A DNA stretch of 64,000 bases from Eledone cirrhosa (GCA_964016885.1 OZ024741.1:397482001-397546000), one strand, 5' to 3'. Shown: positions 37,890-56,934, counted from the first letter of the stretch. The notes: generated by a model from the sequence alone, not told the origin. Translations and numbers: made by a program.

Positions 37890-38945
37890 AATTAATGTTT
37901 TAGGGTGGTGGTAGTATAGGGGAGAGGAGGGAGTAAGAGGGGAGATGGGTGTTGCGAGGGAGGTGGGAGGTGGGGGAGATGGGGAGGGGAGAGGTGGTAG
38001 TGTGAGGGGAGTGGCGGAGGGAGAGAGGAGGAGTAAGTGAGGGGGAGAAGTGGGATTGGGGATGTGGGGAGAGAGAGAGTGGCGAGATGGGAGAAAGGGA
38101 AAGGGAGGAAGAGAAGTGAGGGAAAGAAGGAGATAGAGTGAGAGACAGATAAGAAAAAAGAGAGAGGGGAAGAGAGAGAAAGGGAGAGAAAAAGAGAGAG
38201 AGGAGTGTATGAATGTGTGTGTGTATGTGATGTGTCTTTACGTGTGTTTTCTATGTGAATGTGTTTTTGTGAATCTATGTGTAAATGTGTGTGTGTTCTA
38301 TGTGTATGTATGTGTGTGGATGTGTATGAGGGTGTGTGTATGTCCGTATATGCATGTATGTGTGAACATATGTATGTGAATGTGTGTATGTGTTTGTATG
38401 AAGGTGTGAATATATGTGTGTGTGTGTGTGTATAAATATATATGTGTGTGTGTGTGTAAATATGTGTATGTGAATGTATGAACATATATGTATGTGAATG
38501 TATGAATATATGTGTATAAATGTGTGAATATATGTATGTGAATATATGTGGGTGTGTGTGTGTATTTGTAAATGTGCGTGTGTAAATATGTGTGTATGTG
38601 AATATGTGAATATATGTGTGTGTGGGTGTGTGTAAATGGGTGAATATGTGTGTGAATATATATATTATGTGTGTGTGTGTGTAAATGTGTTAGCGTGAAT
38701 ATGTGTATGTGTGTGTGAATATATGTGTGTGTAAATGTGTGTGTGTGTGAATATGTGTGTGTGTAAATGTGTGTGTGTGTAAATGTGTGTGTGTGTGTAA
38801 ATGTGTGTGTGTGTAAATGTGTGTGTTTAAATGTGTGTGTGTGTAAATCTGTGTCTGTGTAAATGTGTGTGTGTAAATGTGTGTGTGAATATGTGTGTGT
38901 GTGTGTGTAAATGTGTGTGTGTGAATGTGTATGTGTAAATGTAAA
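37890..38945. repeat. Purine-rich then degenerate (TG)n/(TGTAAA) low-complexity tract
   Basis: Visible composition; source of the HT-rich pseudo-ORFs. Confidence 0.85.
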
Positions 38946-39253
38946 GTAGAGCAGTGAAGTATATAAGTATAGACCAACCCTATGAGAAGTACAGAGATCA
39001 ACATTATAGAGATGAAGAGGAAACACTGAAGGTATTTCCTGGTTGGTGTCAGAGGTCATTGGAAGAGTTCATAGGAAAGTTTACCAGGAATATTTTAAAA
39101 TCTCCCCACACAACTTAACAAACAACTTACTACATGTGATTGTAAAATTATAATTTAAAATTAAATTAAATTGTTTAGAACTACAAGTAAGGTCATTCTT
39201 TTCCTTTTCTTTATATATATATATATATATATATATAAATGAAAATAGAGAAA

Positions 39254-39439
39254 TTAATTGTTTCTACTTTTGGCACAAGGCCATCAATTACTCAGTACAT
39301 TACTGGTACTTTATTTTATTTTATCGACCCCGTAAGGATGAAAGGCAAAGTTAACCTCGGCGGGATTTGAACTCAGACCGTAAAGGGACGTAACTATGCC
39401 GGAAAGCATGGCGTCCGACTCTCTATCGATACTGCCAAT
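39254..39439 (-). mobile_element. SINE family A
   Basis: Full-length match; partial copy also at 37265-37377. Confidence 0.85.
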
Positions 39440-39681
39440 CCAGAGAAATTAATGTGAGCAAGAAGCCAACAGTAATTCATACATATAAGTGACTATAACG
39501 TGAAGATGGAAAATATTTAACGCAAGATATGGGAAAATAATTCAATCCCAATTCAAAAAAAGTCAAGACAGGAATTTTATCCACAGATTTTGTGTAATCC
39601 AGGGAAAAAACCAATAGAATCTTAACTCTGAATAAAATTAAGAGTAAATACTTATCCTTCAATTTGGAAAAATCTACAAAT

Positions 39682-39762
39682 GCTCTATATAGTCTTAAAA
39701 AGACTATTTCACGAAACTTTTCAGTGGGGTTAGTCACGGTTGGAGCCGTTCATCAGTAGAGC
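39682..39762 (-). ncRNA. Type I hammerhead ribozyme with full-length stem III
   Basis: gctcta-CTGATGA-acg...cgt-GAAA-tagtct(tttta)agacta-TA-tagagc; 6-bp stems I and III. Confidence 0.9.
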
Positions 39763-39880
39763 TCAACACGATGACCAAAAATCCACTGCTAAAAGATGCC
39801 AAAAGGGAATTTAAAAGCAGGTTAGTTACACCTCGTGTGGAATTAAGATAATAAACACACATGGAGAACAGGGCTAGTGA

Positions 39881-39931
<51 letters not shown>

Positions 39932-39974
39932 TATATATATACATATATATATACATACATATATATATATATAC

Positions 39975-41313
39975 ATAGCCAGAATACTCAAACCCATCTT
40001 AGACTCCTTGCCGGGACACGTTAACAGCTCCGAGGGGGTGTTGGAGCGCTTGCATCAAATGGATCCCGACACTAGAAATGATAACAGATATGCCTTCAGC
40101 CTTGATGTAGTCGCTCTCTACACCTTGGTCCCGGCACTCCCGGCCATTAATATATTGATGGAACGCGTCCAATCCACCGACCTACACTGCTTCGGGCTCA
40201 CCACCACTGACATCCATCAACTCCTATCCATCGTCGTTGACAACACATACTTCGGATTCCTTGACCAAACATACCAGCAAACCTCGGGATTGCCCATGGG
40301 CTCAAGCCTGTCGGGTGTGCTAGCGATCTCATACATGGACAACCTCGAGCGCAAGGCACTCAACACCTGCGACCCCCAACGCCGTCGCCTTTTTCTCAAG
40401 GTACGTGGACGATATCCTCATCCTCACATCTTCCCAAGACATGGCGAACAGAATCTATGAGACGTTCAACAACACGGACGAGAACATTGATTTCACTGTT
40501 GAACACCCCAACGACGACGGGTCACTTGCCCTCCTCGACTTCCGAATCAACATCACGGAACAGGGAGGGATCCACTACAACTTCTATCGAAAGGCAGCCT
40601 GCAGGGACCTGTTCGTCCACTACAAGTCCGCCCTCCCCAACAGTGCTAAAAGAGGATACATCACGAACGAGATCACGCGAATTAAAAACAGATGCAGCGA
40701 TCCCGCGAGTGGTGTCACTCATACCAAGCGATTCCTCGAAGTGCTGGAGACGAACGGGTACCCTGTCTCACTCACAAACAGAATAAGAGACACCAGACGC
40801 AAGAGGCAGAGAAACACCCAAGGCAAGTGCTTCCCTAAAATATCACACCTGGGCGAGAATACCACCAACGCTATCCGCAAGGCTATACTGAGTGAGGGCC
40901 TCGACATCCACCTGGCCCACTCGGGCCCCTCCCTGCGAAGATGCCTCTCCAGGAAACCCGGGAAATCAACTGACGCCTGCTCCCTCAGAAACTGCCCGTT
41001 GCGCCATACGAACTGTTGCCTACGCACATACGTCGTGTATAAGATAGAATGTAACAAGTGCAACCACTACTATATAGGTAGCACAATCCGGCCGCTACAC
41101 ATCCGGATCAAGGAGCACATTAACACCAGGGCCTCGTCTTTCCGGAAACACATAACCAAATGCGGAAACAAAGACGGAAGGCCCATTGTCACAATTCTAG
41201 CGACGGAAAGAAACGTCGGCACATTCCGAATCAAGGAAGCACTTTGGATCAAACGCCTAGGGCCACAAATAAATAATAGATCCGAGAGAAGCGAAATGAG
41301 GTGGTTGGTTTAA
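39975..41313 (+). pseudogene. 5'-truncated Penelope/Poseidon-type PLE (RT + GIY-YIG), frameshift near YVDD
   Basis: SLDVVALYT, GLPMGSSLS, (RYV)DDIL, VVYKIECNKC...YIGST.RPLHIRIKEH, IKEAL; 3' UTR runs to about 41960. Confidence 0.92.
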
Positions 41314-41450
41314 GTAAACAAACGATGCAGCAACACACACACACACACACACAAGCGAGACAGCAACACACGCACACACACACACACACACAGTAGCATT
41401 CCACCATACGAACATACTACACTGCTAATACAGACGAACGAGGCAACAAC

Positions 41451-41499
<49 letters not shown>

Positions 41500-42349
41500 C
41501 ATTCACCAAACAGGCAGAGAATACTATCACAACCGCACACTATTCAACAGGGCAGATAATACAATGGACTGACAGCTAACGCCACCCCACTCCCACAATT
41601 GAAAGAACTATTTCGGCCGCCGACCTCTGCCTGACCGACCCCATTTCACGCGCACGCGCGCTCTGCTGAATACCTCAGATATTCAAAACAACGATCAGCT
41701 GAGGACACGTTTTGCACCTTTCCGACAGAACCCCCACAGACCCCCCTCACAGTTGATGGATGTGAGTCCGAAATATATAGGGACAATTAAATCTCTCCCA
41801 AGGTAACTCTATCTCGTGAAGCGTGTATGCAGCGATTCTTTGCTTAAACTTTAATCTGTTATTTTAATAAATATTTGTTATAGGGTTCTTATATATTTGA
41901 TATATATTTATCCTTATCGAGCCTCCCTTGGATTTTGTTCTTCAAATTTATTATTATATATAAATATATATATATATACTATATATATTTTTTTTTTTTT
42001 TTTTCCATATAAAACAAGTAACATTCAAAGACCAACCAGATGTGAGAAAAACCACAGACACTCCATCTCAACTCTACCTTTGAAAAACAGAAGAACTGCG
42101 AAACCGGTAAAGGAACCAAATAAATATATATATTTTTTTTAAAATAAGACTCCAGTTGCATTTTCGATTTCATCTTTTTTTCTTTATACTTTCACTCGTG
42201 TAGGACACCTCGGTTATTTTTCATTTTGTAAAAAAACCTCACTTTCTAATATATATATATATATATATAAATATATACATATATATATTTCATATAAGTA
42301 GGCCGAATTTGCTTGCAAACCGCCAGAGATTCGATTTTACTAAATTTCC

Positions 42350-42387
<38 letters not shown>

Positions 42388-42469
42388 TTAAGATATTAAA
42401 ACTTTTATACTCTGCTATGTATTGAGTACCTTACTTACTGTGGTTACCTCCGATTCAACCCGGAATAAC

Positions 42470-42507
<38 letters not shown>

Positions 42508-42517
42508 AAAAGTATGG

Positions 42518-42611
42518 CCCCGACGGCAGAGCTCAAGCCGTTTCGACGGCTATTTCAGCACTAAATTAGAATTTTTAGCCTGGTGCATAAATACCCGAAC
42601 TTGTCAAGGGG
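42518..42611 (-). ncRNA. Hammerhead ribozyme, U3-A8 core (TTGACAA), inverted copy
   Basis: cccc-TTGACAA-gttcgggtattt...aaatagccgtc-GAAA-cggc...gccg-TC-gggg. Confidence 0.72.
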
Positions 42612-43584
42612 GTACTTCCTTATATGGGAAGATTGTAGTTGTCAAGCGGATTGGTTAACATTTGTTGTAAACACAAATAAGTCTATCATGGCATTTGGTG
42701 GGAGGTAGGGGTGGCTGAACTTGCCTGTAGAACAATGGGGGGTGAGTGGAGCCGGTCAAGCTTTGAAAGTGATATGTATACAGCAGATTCTAAGGATAGT
42801 GTATGAAATGGAGGAGGTGGGTTATAGAATAGGTAATTCGAATGAGAGTAGGAGACAATAAAAGATACTAGAAAGAAATAAAAAAATATATAGAATTAGA
42901 TAGTGAGAAATGAATAAAAAAAATCACAATGCTATCTTACAATTACAGGTTAATAAGTTGAGAATAGAAAACAATTGTAGAAATGGAGTAGTACCAGAAC
43001 TGATACAAAATTAAAAGGGTTTAACACATCTGCTATAAGTAGTTAGTAAAACGTATTCGGTCAATTCTATCTTTAAATTACAGGGGTGGGGGAACTGATG
43101 TTACAAGGCCCGATGGGCTGCATCGGGGTAGGTGAAAGGGGAAAAGCAGACGAGGAAGAAAATAGGGGGTGGAAGGAAGTGATAGGATGAGACAGGGGGA
43201 AGAAGAAGACATAGAGGAAAAGAAGAGAGATACATCTACCTATGTAAGCTGGGGTTTCCCCTAACTTATTCGGCAAGTGGGGGGGTATCAGCCCTTGTCT
43301 ACCCACCCGGGTCGTTATGGGGTTTGAGGGCGAGGTAAGTTCTACGCAATCTGTGTTTGCATGCGGTTACCAGTTCGTCTTTCTTGTTTAGGAGTTGGTC
43401 CTTCAAAAACAGCATTTGTAACATCACTTTCAACGCTTGACCGGCTCCACTCACCCCCCATTGTTCTACAGGCAAGTTCAGCCACCCCTACCTCCCACCA
43501 AATGCCATGATAGACTTATTTGTGTTTACAACACATTTTAACCAATCCTCTTGACAACTAAAATCTTCCTATATAAGGAAGTAC

Positions 43585-43678
43585 CCCCTTGACAAGTTCG
43601 GCTATTTATTCACCAGGCTAAAAATTCTAATTTAGTCCAGAAATAGCTGTCGAAATGGCTTGAGCTCTGCCGTCGGGG
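43585..43678 (+). ncRNA. Hammerhead ribozyme, U3-A8 core (TTGACAA), GUC site
   Basis: cccc-TTGACAA-gttcggctattt...aaatagctgtc-GAAA-tggc(ttgagctct)gccg-TC-gggg. Confidence 0.75.
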
Positions 43679-43771
43679 TCATACTTTTTCCTATTTTCCA
43701 CTCTACTACCCTAAGTATTGAGTACTCTGGTGCGTTATGGTCCATCTGGTTCCTTACCACAATTCCTTTGT

Positions 43772-44340
<569 letters not shown>

Positions 44341-44744
44341 CAAGAGTTACGGTACCACACCATACCATACCATACATATATTCATACAAACATACATACA
44401 TTCATACATATATTCATACATACATACATTAATAGAACAGTAATAATATGTAAAACATTCTAAAAATTCTGCATCTAAAAACTGCATATACACATGTACA
44501 GATACAAAGCATATGCACATGCACACATACTACTCAAAACATCCACATCCACACATACATTAACAGCCATACTTGCACATGCATGCAAACATGCATACAA
44601 ATACCTAGTTGATGTTGTGTAAATTCCAATGAGAGAGTCTCGTATATATGTTAGAAACCGACTCTCTCTATTGGATTGGCAAAAATTTGTGAAATTATAA
44701 AACTAGAAGAACATACATACATACATACATACAATCAACAAAGT

Positions 44745-44905
44745 TGACATGGCCCGCAGAATGTGTTCCTGGACTCTCAGAACTTTCCAGACGAGAGATC
44801 TCCACACCATTAACCCTCTTTTTTCTACTTTTGCCCGACCCCACCTTGAAAACTGTTGTCCATTGTGGTCTCCCCACACGAAACAAAGTATTATGAAAAT
44901 CGAAG
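44745..44905 (+). pseudogene. CR1-like RT fragment
   Basis: LRTFQTRD...LFSTFARPHLENCCPLWSPH, homologous to 12510-12625. Confidence 0.75.
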
Positions 44906-44992
44906 CGAAACGCGCGTCACACCTCAATGAACGAACTGAAGTTCTAATACTTTGTCCCTTTTATTACTATAAATATATATACATACACACGT

Positions 44993-45058
<66 letters not shown>

Positions 45059-45146
45059 ATAATATAGAAATGGTTTCTACAGGACTAGTACTGTTTCATT
45101 CAAAGGAAATCATATATATGTACAACAGGAGGAAACATAAATGTAC

Positions 45147-45184
45147 CACTGATGATTTTGCAGATGTGTAACGAAAGAACTTTG
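45147..45184 (+). ncRNA. Minimal hammerhead, decayed copy of 4184-4221
   Basis: ca-CTGATGA-ttttgcagatgtgtaac-GAAA-gaac-TT-tg. Confidence 0.55.
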
Positions 45185-45379
45185 ATAGACTATATATATA
45201 TATTTATATCTGGATTTTTAACCGTTGGTTAATCAATGATAAACGTTGATTGCCAAATAAATTAACTATTGAAATATAAAAGATACAGAAGCGAAAACAG
45301 ACCAATCAGTGAGTGTGTTCTGTTATTATTTCTGGCAATATTATTACAACAATATACCTCTCCCCAAGTATATATATAT

Positions 45380-49375
<3,996 letters not shown>

Positions 49376-49535
49376 GGATTGATGATTCAAGAACCTTAGC
49401 GGTATGTCGCATATCCAATCTCTTATATATTTTATCTGAAACACCATTGTACCTTTGAAATATGTATAATAAAATATATACTTTCGTTATGATATTTCTC
49501 ATTTATTAATATTTTGAATAATATTATATATATAA

Positions 49536-49606
<71 letters not shown>

Positions 49607-50026
49607 TAACAGATTAAAGTTTTAATTAAATATTTGCTCTACGGTTCTTATATATCTGATATATATTTATCCTTATCGAGCCCTCTTTGGATTTTAGTCT
49701 TCAAATTTATTATTATTACTACAAACAAACCGAACATTATAATAAATGTTCGGTAAACCCATACGTACATATATATATATATGTGTGCATGTATGTATAT
49801 ATGTATAAACGTGCTGCGTGGTTGCTAATGAGTTACATATGAATAAAGTTAGTCCTTCATCAGTGATCTTCCAACCATCATTGGTATTTCATCGCTTTAA
49901 AGACCATATACCTCCGGTTGGTGCGAGCAACGGCTAAAAAAAGTCGTTGGGACACGTAAATAAAGGGGACACGAGAGTGTAAACAAACAAAGAAAAGTGA
50001 GGAAGAAGGAGTCAAGTCCCAAATTT

Positions 50027-50058
<32 letters not shown>

Positions 50059-50063
<5 letters not shown>

Positions 50064-50640
50064 GATCGGTAAGAGCAACTGAGTAAGTAAATATTTAAAT
50101 TATATTTTTTTATTTATTTTAAAAAATTGTTTGATTTTTGCTTGTTCTGCTTATCTCAATATTATAGTTCTGGTATGTCAAATTAATACCTTTGAACAAC
50201 CCTGTATCATAGACAACCTATATATTTCCAGGGGTACTTAGTATCCGTGGGCATATTAACTTCTTTTAATATTCTCCGTTATGTAGAGAACAAATCTGTT
50301 GTTCTATTTAGCTGCTATTTTTAGTAGTGTAGTAGACAACATGTCTATGTTTACTTCCGCTCTTGCTACGGACTGGTTCATGTACAGGTCAAATTTCGGC
50401 CTCACTCGATCTTGTGCTAGCTAGCAGATGGCAATATATTTTGCCGTTCCTGGGACTTTAGCCCTAGGAAAGGAAAATACTCTCTGATGAACTTTACTTT
50501 TCCATTGGAAATCCCATGGATTTCCAATGTTTTGTGAAGGGAAACCGATCGGTAAGAACAACTGAGTAAGTAAATATTTAAATTAGATTTTTTAATTTAT
50601 TTTAAAAAATTGTTTGATCTTTGCTTGTTCTGCTTATCTC

Positions 50641-50646
<6 letters not shown>
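50059..50646 (+). mobile_element. Non-autonomous retrozyme-like element: 483-bp unit + ~105-bp direct terminal repeat
   Basis: 50059-50165 repeats at 50542-50646; repeat starts inside the HHR 3' half; no ORF; (TA)n on both sides. Confidence 0.85.
50481..50557 (+). ncRNA. Type I hammerhead ribozyme
   Basis: tct-CTGATGA-...cattggaaatcc(cat)ggatttccaatg...-GAAA-ccgatcgg-TA-aga. Confidence 0.85.
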
Positions 50647-50723
<77 letters not shown>

Positions 50724-50928
50724 TGTGGGTGTATATGTGTCTATCTTTAACTTTAGTGCTAGATCGGATATGATGTTGTGGAACCGTGACACACACATAC
50801 ACGCACACACACACACAGTCCTACGTTGGAATCGTATGAGATTTGTCGAAAATCAGAACTGAAAAGTTTTCCCTGGATTGTGTAAAGCAGAGGCAGTTTT
50901 TGGTTTTTGTATTCATTATTACTCGGTG

Positions 50929-51045
50929 AGTTCAAATCCCGCCGAGGTTAACTTTGCCTTTCATCCTTACGGGGACGATAAAATAAAGTACCAGTAATGT
51001 ACTGAGTAATTGCTGGCCTTGTGCCAAAAGTAGAAACAATTATTA
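50929..51045 (+). mobile_element. SINE family A, 5'-truncated
   Basis: Match from the B-box to the tail. Confidence 0.8.
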
Positions 51046-51402
51046 CTATATGTCGTGTCAAAGACATCACAACTTCTCTAGTGTTGGGGACTTACACGAT
51101 AAACGCACCCAGTACACACTGTAAAATGGTTGGTGATAGGTAGAGCATCCAGTTGTAGAAATCTTGCGAAACAAAGGTTTGGGATGATCCTCAATTATGT
51201 CAAAAGCATAACAACCTCTCCTGACCAGTCAATGGATGGTGAAACCATACATAAGTGAGACAAAGATCCCTGGCTGGCTTGGAAGATCTTTGGCTCCGCT
51301 TCAGTATGGACTTCAAACCCTTGCTAGTAGGGAAAGCTGGCACTAAAACAAAAATGATGATGATCACACACACACACACACACATATATGTATTATATGA
51401 AG

Positions 51403-51620
51403 GCACGTGGCTGAGTGGTTAGAGAATTGGATTCACAATCTTGAGGTTGTGAGTTCGATTCCTGGACCGGATGATGCGATATATCCTTGAGCAAGACACT
51501 TTGTTTCACGTTGCTCCTTCTACCTGGAGTTGCGACCGATAGATAGTATTAGCAATTGGAAAGACCGATGGAAACATTGTTTCCTCGGTCCGATTTGACG
51601 AAAGTCAATCGACTGTCGAT
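51403..51620 (+). mobile_element. tRNA-derived SINE family B
   Basis: gtggctgagtggttagag (A box), gagttcgattcc (B box), ccttgagcaagacactt core; matches 62372-62587 (-). Confidence 0.85.
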
Positions 51621-51947
51621 ATATATTATTTATATACATATTGTAATAGTATATATTACTATATAAGATAAAACATATTCCATCAAAGTTTTATGTAGCA
51701 ATTTTGCTAAGGCCCCTACCATACACAAAACTGTATACCGGATAATTGCATATTTCGGTTTGTTAGCTACAAACTTTTAGAAAATTGATATGCAGATTAC
51801 ATATGCAAATAAAGTCAAAAGTTAATCGTGGTCAATTGCATTTTCTTTTTCGATTTTAAGAGGCAGGAATGGGTTAAATGTATCGTAAAATGGAACATTT
51901 AAAGGGGGAGGATTGTGTGAAATGTGTCATAAGATCGAACATTTTGA

Positions 51948-52205
51948 GTCTTCTTCTTCTTCTTCTTCTTCTTCTTCTTCTTCTTCCTGAGATGGTATTG
52001 GGACAGAGTCCTGAAACATTCCTTCCGGCGGGTCTTGTCAGAAGCAACCGTCTCCAACAGATCCAGCTGGATCTCCAAGCGAGATCAATGAAGATCATAG
52101 ATGTTATCCAACCATTTTGGTCGGGGTCTACCCCTGGGTCTGTTTCCAGTTGGTTTTGTCCTTAAAATCTGTCCAGCGAGTCTTTCCTGAGACATTCTAA
52201 CCACA
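51948..52205 (-). mobile_element. RTE-like LINE 3' end with (GAA)n tail
   Basis: VVRMSQERLAGQILRTKPTGNRPRGRPRPKWLDNI; (ctt)n at 51949-51986. Confidence 0.78.
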
Positions 52206-52624
52206 TTCTCATGAGGGGTGAAATATATAATAAAATTGAACATTAGTGGTGGGACAATGGCTGAAATATAACCACAAGACCCAAAGTTTTGAGTGTGTGT
52301 GTGTGTGTGTGGGGGGGGGTTTAAATGTATCATAAAATCGAATATTTTGATGGGGATGGGAAATGGAATCATAAGATTTATCATTTTGAGGCGGAGTGGG
52401 TAGTGAAATATACCATAAAATCGAACATTTTGAGGGAGGATGGGTGAAATGTATTTTATTTTTTTTAAATCAAACAATTTTTTTTGAGGGGATGAAATAC
52501 TAAAATCCTAAAATCGAACATTTGATGGGGGGGGGGGGGGGGTGAAATGTATTTTTTTTAAATCGAATATTTGAGGGGTGTGGTGAAATATATTATAAAA
52601 TTTAAATTTAAATCAAATTTCAAA

Positions 52625-52930
52625 GCGATAAAACCGAAACGTTTGCTTTGAGAGTTCCCCATACGTTGAAGAAGGGATTTTAAGTCTCGAAATATTGGGA
52701 CGAAAAAGGAAAATGGTGTGGACGTGGATGCTTTCAAGAAACATCTTAACACTCTGCTATCCAGGATCCCAAATGAACCCACAACACAGAATGAAGTTAA
52801 CCTAAAGGCAGCAACAATGAACTCTCTCCTACACCGATGGCCAGCCAATGCAGGCTGGATATAGAAAGTATAGCAACAAGGGCGGTGCCCTAGCATGGCC
52901 TCAGTCGGATGGCTGGAACAAGTAAAGGAG
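52625..52930 (+). mobile_element. CR1-like LINE 3' end
   Basis: Translates GVDVDAFKKHLNTLLSRIPNEPTTQ...KAATMNSLLH, followed by a short UTR. Confidence 0.7.
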
Positions 52931-53337
52931 TAAAAGAATAAATAAAATCGAATATTTTAAAGGGTATGGAATGGAATCATGTGATCGAATATTTTTATGG
53001 TGGATGGATGAAATCGATCATAGGATTGAATATTTGATTTGATATGAATCAATGGATTATGGAAGTCTATTTCCATGAATTCCAATGATGGCCGCCACAT
53101 CTATAGTATTTGCTAACAAACGACGTCAAAAATGACAGATATATTTTTACCATTCCAATGAAGTTCAGATTAGATTCAAAGATAAGTTTCTTATATTTAA
53201 TTGTGTACTTACGTTCATAAATAAATTTATTTTCCTTATAGATAAAATTTTGAAAAAAAAAAAGAAAAGAAAAGAGCAACAAAAATAGTTTTATATGGGC
53301 GCCATTTTGTAGCTTTCGTTAACATCACAAGGGTGGT

Positions 53338-54892
<1,555 letters not shown>

Positions 54893-55128
54893 CCACTGCT
54901 TCCTAATAAGCCAGTTATATTGTGAGAGAGTGTAATATAACCACAATACCAGACACCAGACAATATAGTGAAATATCTGTGAATTCAATTAATCACATAT
55001 TCCATTTAATTACACATTTTCTAATAACGAGACTATGTGATCTAATATATGCATATATCTGGCTTGTGTGTTGTGTTCCGGGGCAAAACACTTCATTGCT
55101 TCAGTATATTCAACTGGTATATATATAT

Positions 55129-55707
55129 ATAAGTTGAAATAAAATGAAAACGAAATTTCATTTCTCACTCTTAGTACGGCACTTACTTAAATGTAAGTAT
55201 GTATGTATACGTACATACATATATGTATACAGACGTACAGTAGCATGCATATATATATATATATATATACATACAGGTACACATACATATATGCACGTAT
55301 CAGTTTAGCGGACGCTTATTATAACGCCGCTTTGTTCGTTTGTAAACAAACTGAACAGCCTGAATTTATGCCGTACGGTGTTAAGGCAACCACGTCACCT
55401 TTTTGTTCAACACTGACACAGGAACGATGTACTAGTTTCAAGCTTGTTAGCTATCATCAGCACCGTATACCCTTCTGCCAGATAGTTGAACGTTCGAAAG
55501 TATATACTTTCCTTATGAAAATTAACGGCTGAGCAGCCTAATTTGCATATCGAGTGAGTTAAGTCGGTCAGGCATACCGAAAACGATAAGTTGAAATAAA
55601 ATGAAAACAAAATTTCATTTCTCACTCTTAGTACGGCACTTACTTAAATGTAAGTATGTATGTATACGTACATACATATATGTATACAGACGTACAGTAG
55701 CATGCAT
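55129..55707 (-). mobile_element. Non-coding HHR element: ~457-bp unit + ~120-bp direct repeat
   Basis: 55129-55250 repeats at 55586-55707; part recurs at 63920-63980. Confidence 0.72.
55424..55466 (-). ncRNA. Minimal hammerhead ribozyme
   Basis: acggtg-CTGATGA-t-agct(aaca)agct-t-GAAA-ctag-TA-catcgt. Confidence 0.8.
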
Positions 55708-56326
55708 TACACCCTACCTAATCATTTTTCTTAAGTAAATTAAATATCATCCAGCATGAATTACCTACCCCTGCATATTAACTCTCTAAAAAGGGAAATC
55801 ATATCAAACTCCTGTCCACCATTTGCCTCCATCATGGATCAACTAAGCACTCTTGCTATATTAACACATTTTGATCTGCTTATCTTCAAGAACTATGCCT
55901 GTAAATAACATTATTTTTTCTTTCACATTGACTTATTATGCTCCACATTTTTTTCTTTTTTCTTTTCACTTCATAAACCTTGTTTGTAAATTTGTAAATA
56001 ACATTATTCTTTCTGCACCATTTCTTTAACATGTCCAACACCACCATTCTACACCAATACATATTATCATTTGATAATGCATAAAAATGCTGAAACCGGT
56101 AATAGACAATTATTAAATATATAAATAAATAAATAAATGCCATTGTTAATTAATAAATAAGTCAACTAATACCTTAACACTTCACACAAAGTAAAATATT
56201 TCGTTTTAATCATTTTCTAACCCAGAAAAAAGAGAGAAAGATATAAAAAGGAAAAAAATATATTTTTCTTCCTAATAATCGTCTTTTTCTCCGTTTTCAT
56301 ATATATATCTGTGTATATATATATGT

Positions 56327-56390
<64 letters not shown>

Positions 56391-56693
56391 TGTGTGTGTG
56401 TGTACCTGTACGTGTGTGTGTGTGCCTCTGTGTGTATGTGTCTGTGTGTGCCTGTGTGTATATGTGTGTGTGTCTGTGTGTGTGTATGTGTGTGCGTGAG
56501 CGTGTGTGTATACATGTATGTGTGTACGTATGTGTGTGTGCCTGTGTGTGTGCGTGTGTGCCTCTGTGTGTTTGTGTGTGTAGGTGCCTCTGTGTGTGTG
56601 TGTATGTGTATATGTGCCTGTGTGTATGTGTATGTGTGTGCGTGTGTGTATATATGTCTGTATGTGTGTTTGTGTGTATGTGTGAGTGTTTTT

Positions 56694-56732
<39 letters not shown>

Positions 56733-56934
56733 TGTGAGTGTGAGTGTGTGTGTTAAACCTTGGCAATGAAAATAACAGCTGAGGTATATTGACTATTTGA
56801 TTAAAGATTTTCCATTCACAGTGAAAAACAGAAAGACCCTGTTTATTGTTATAATAGTACTGTGTTCTGATCATACATAGGGACATATATATATACATAT
56901 ATATATACATGTATATATATATATGTATATGTAT

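Larger units (their letters stand above)
51875..53040. repeat. Degenerate ~40-bp tandem array (gaaatgtatcataaaatcgaacattttgagggg) interrupted by LINE fragments
   Basis: Motif recurs more than 10 times. Confidence 0.65.

Noticed and set aside
41695-41785. Possible HHR in the 3' UTR of the 39975 Penelope element
   Set aside because: GAAA-tata-TA-ggg and a ctcaca/tgtgag stem are present, but no matching core with a pairing stem I; at best a decayed relic.
49425-49480. HHR of the 28404 type
   Set aside because: Stem I and GAAA-tatgta-TA remain, but the core is broken after CTGA.
51403-51480. tRNA gene
   Set aside because: A and B boxes are present but it continues into a SINE body and recurs as dispersed copies; it is a SINE head.
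55765-55898. Possible host exon on the minus strand (cag|...AG|gtaatt; MMEANGGQEFDMISLFRELICRG)
   Set aside because: Weak polypyrimidine tract, early stops in all three frames after the acceptor, no recognisable protein; would need RNA-seq.
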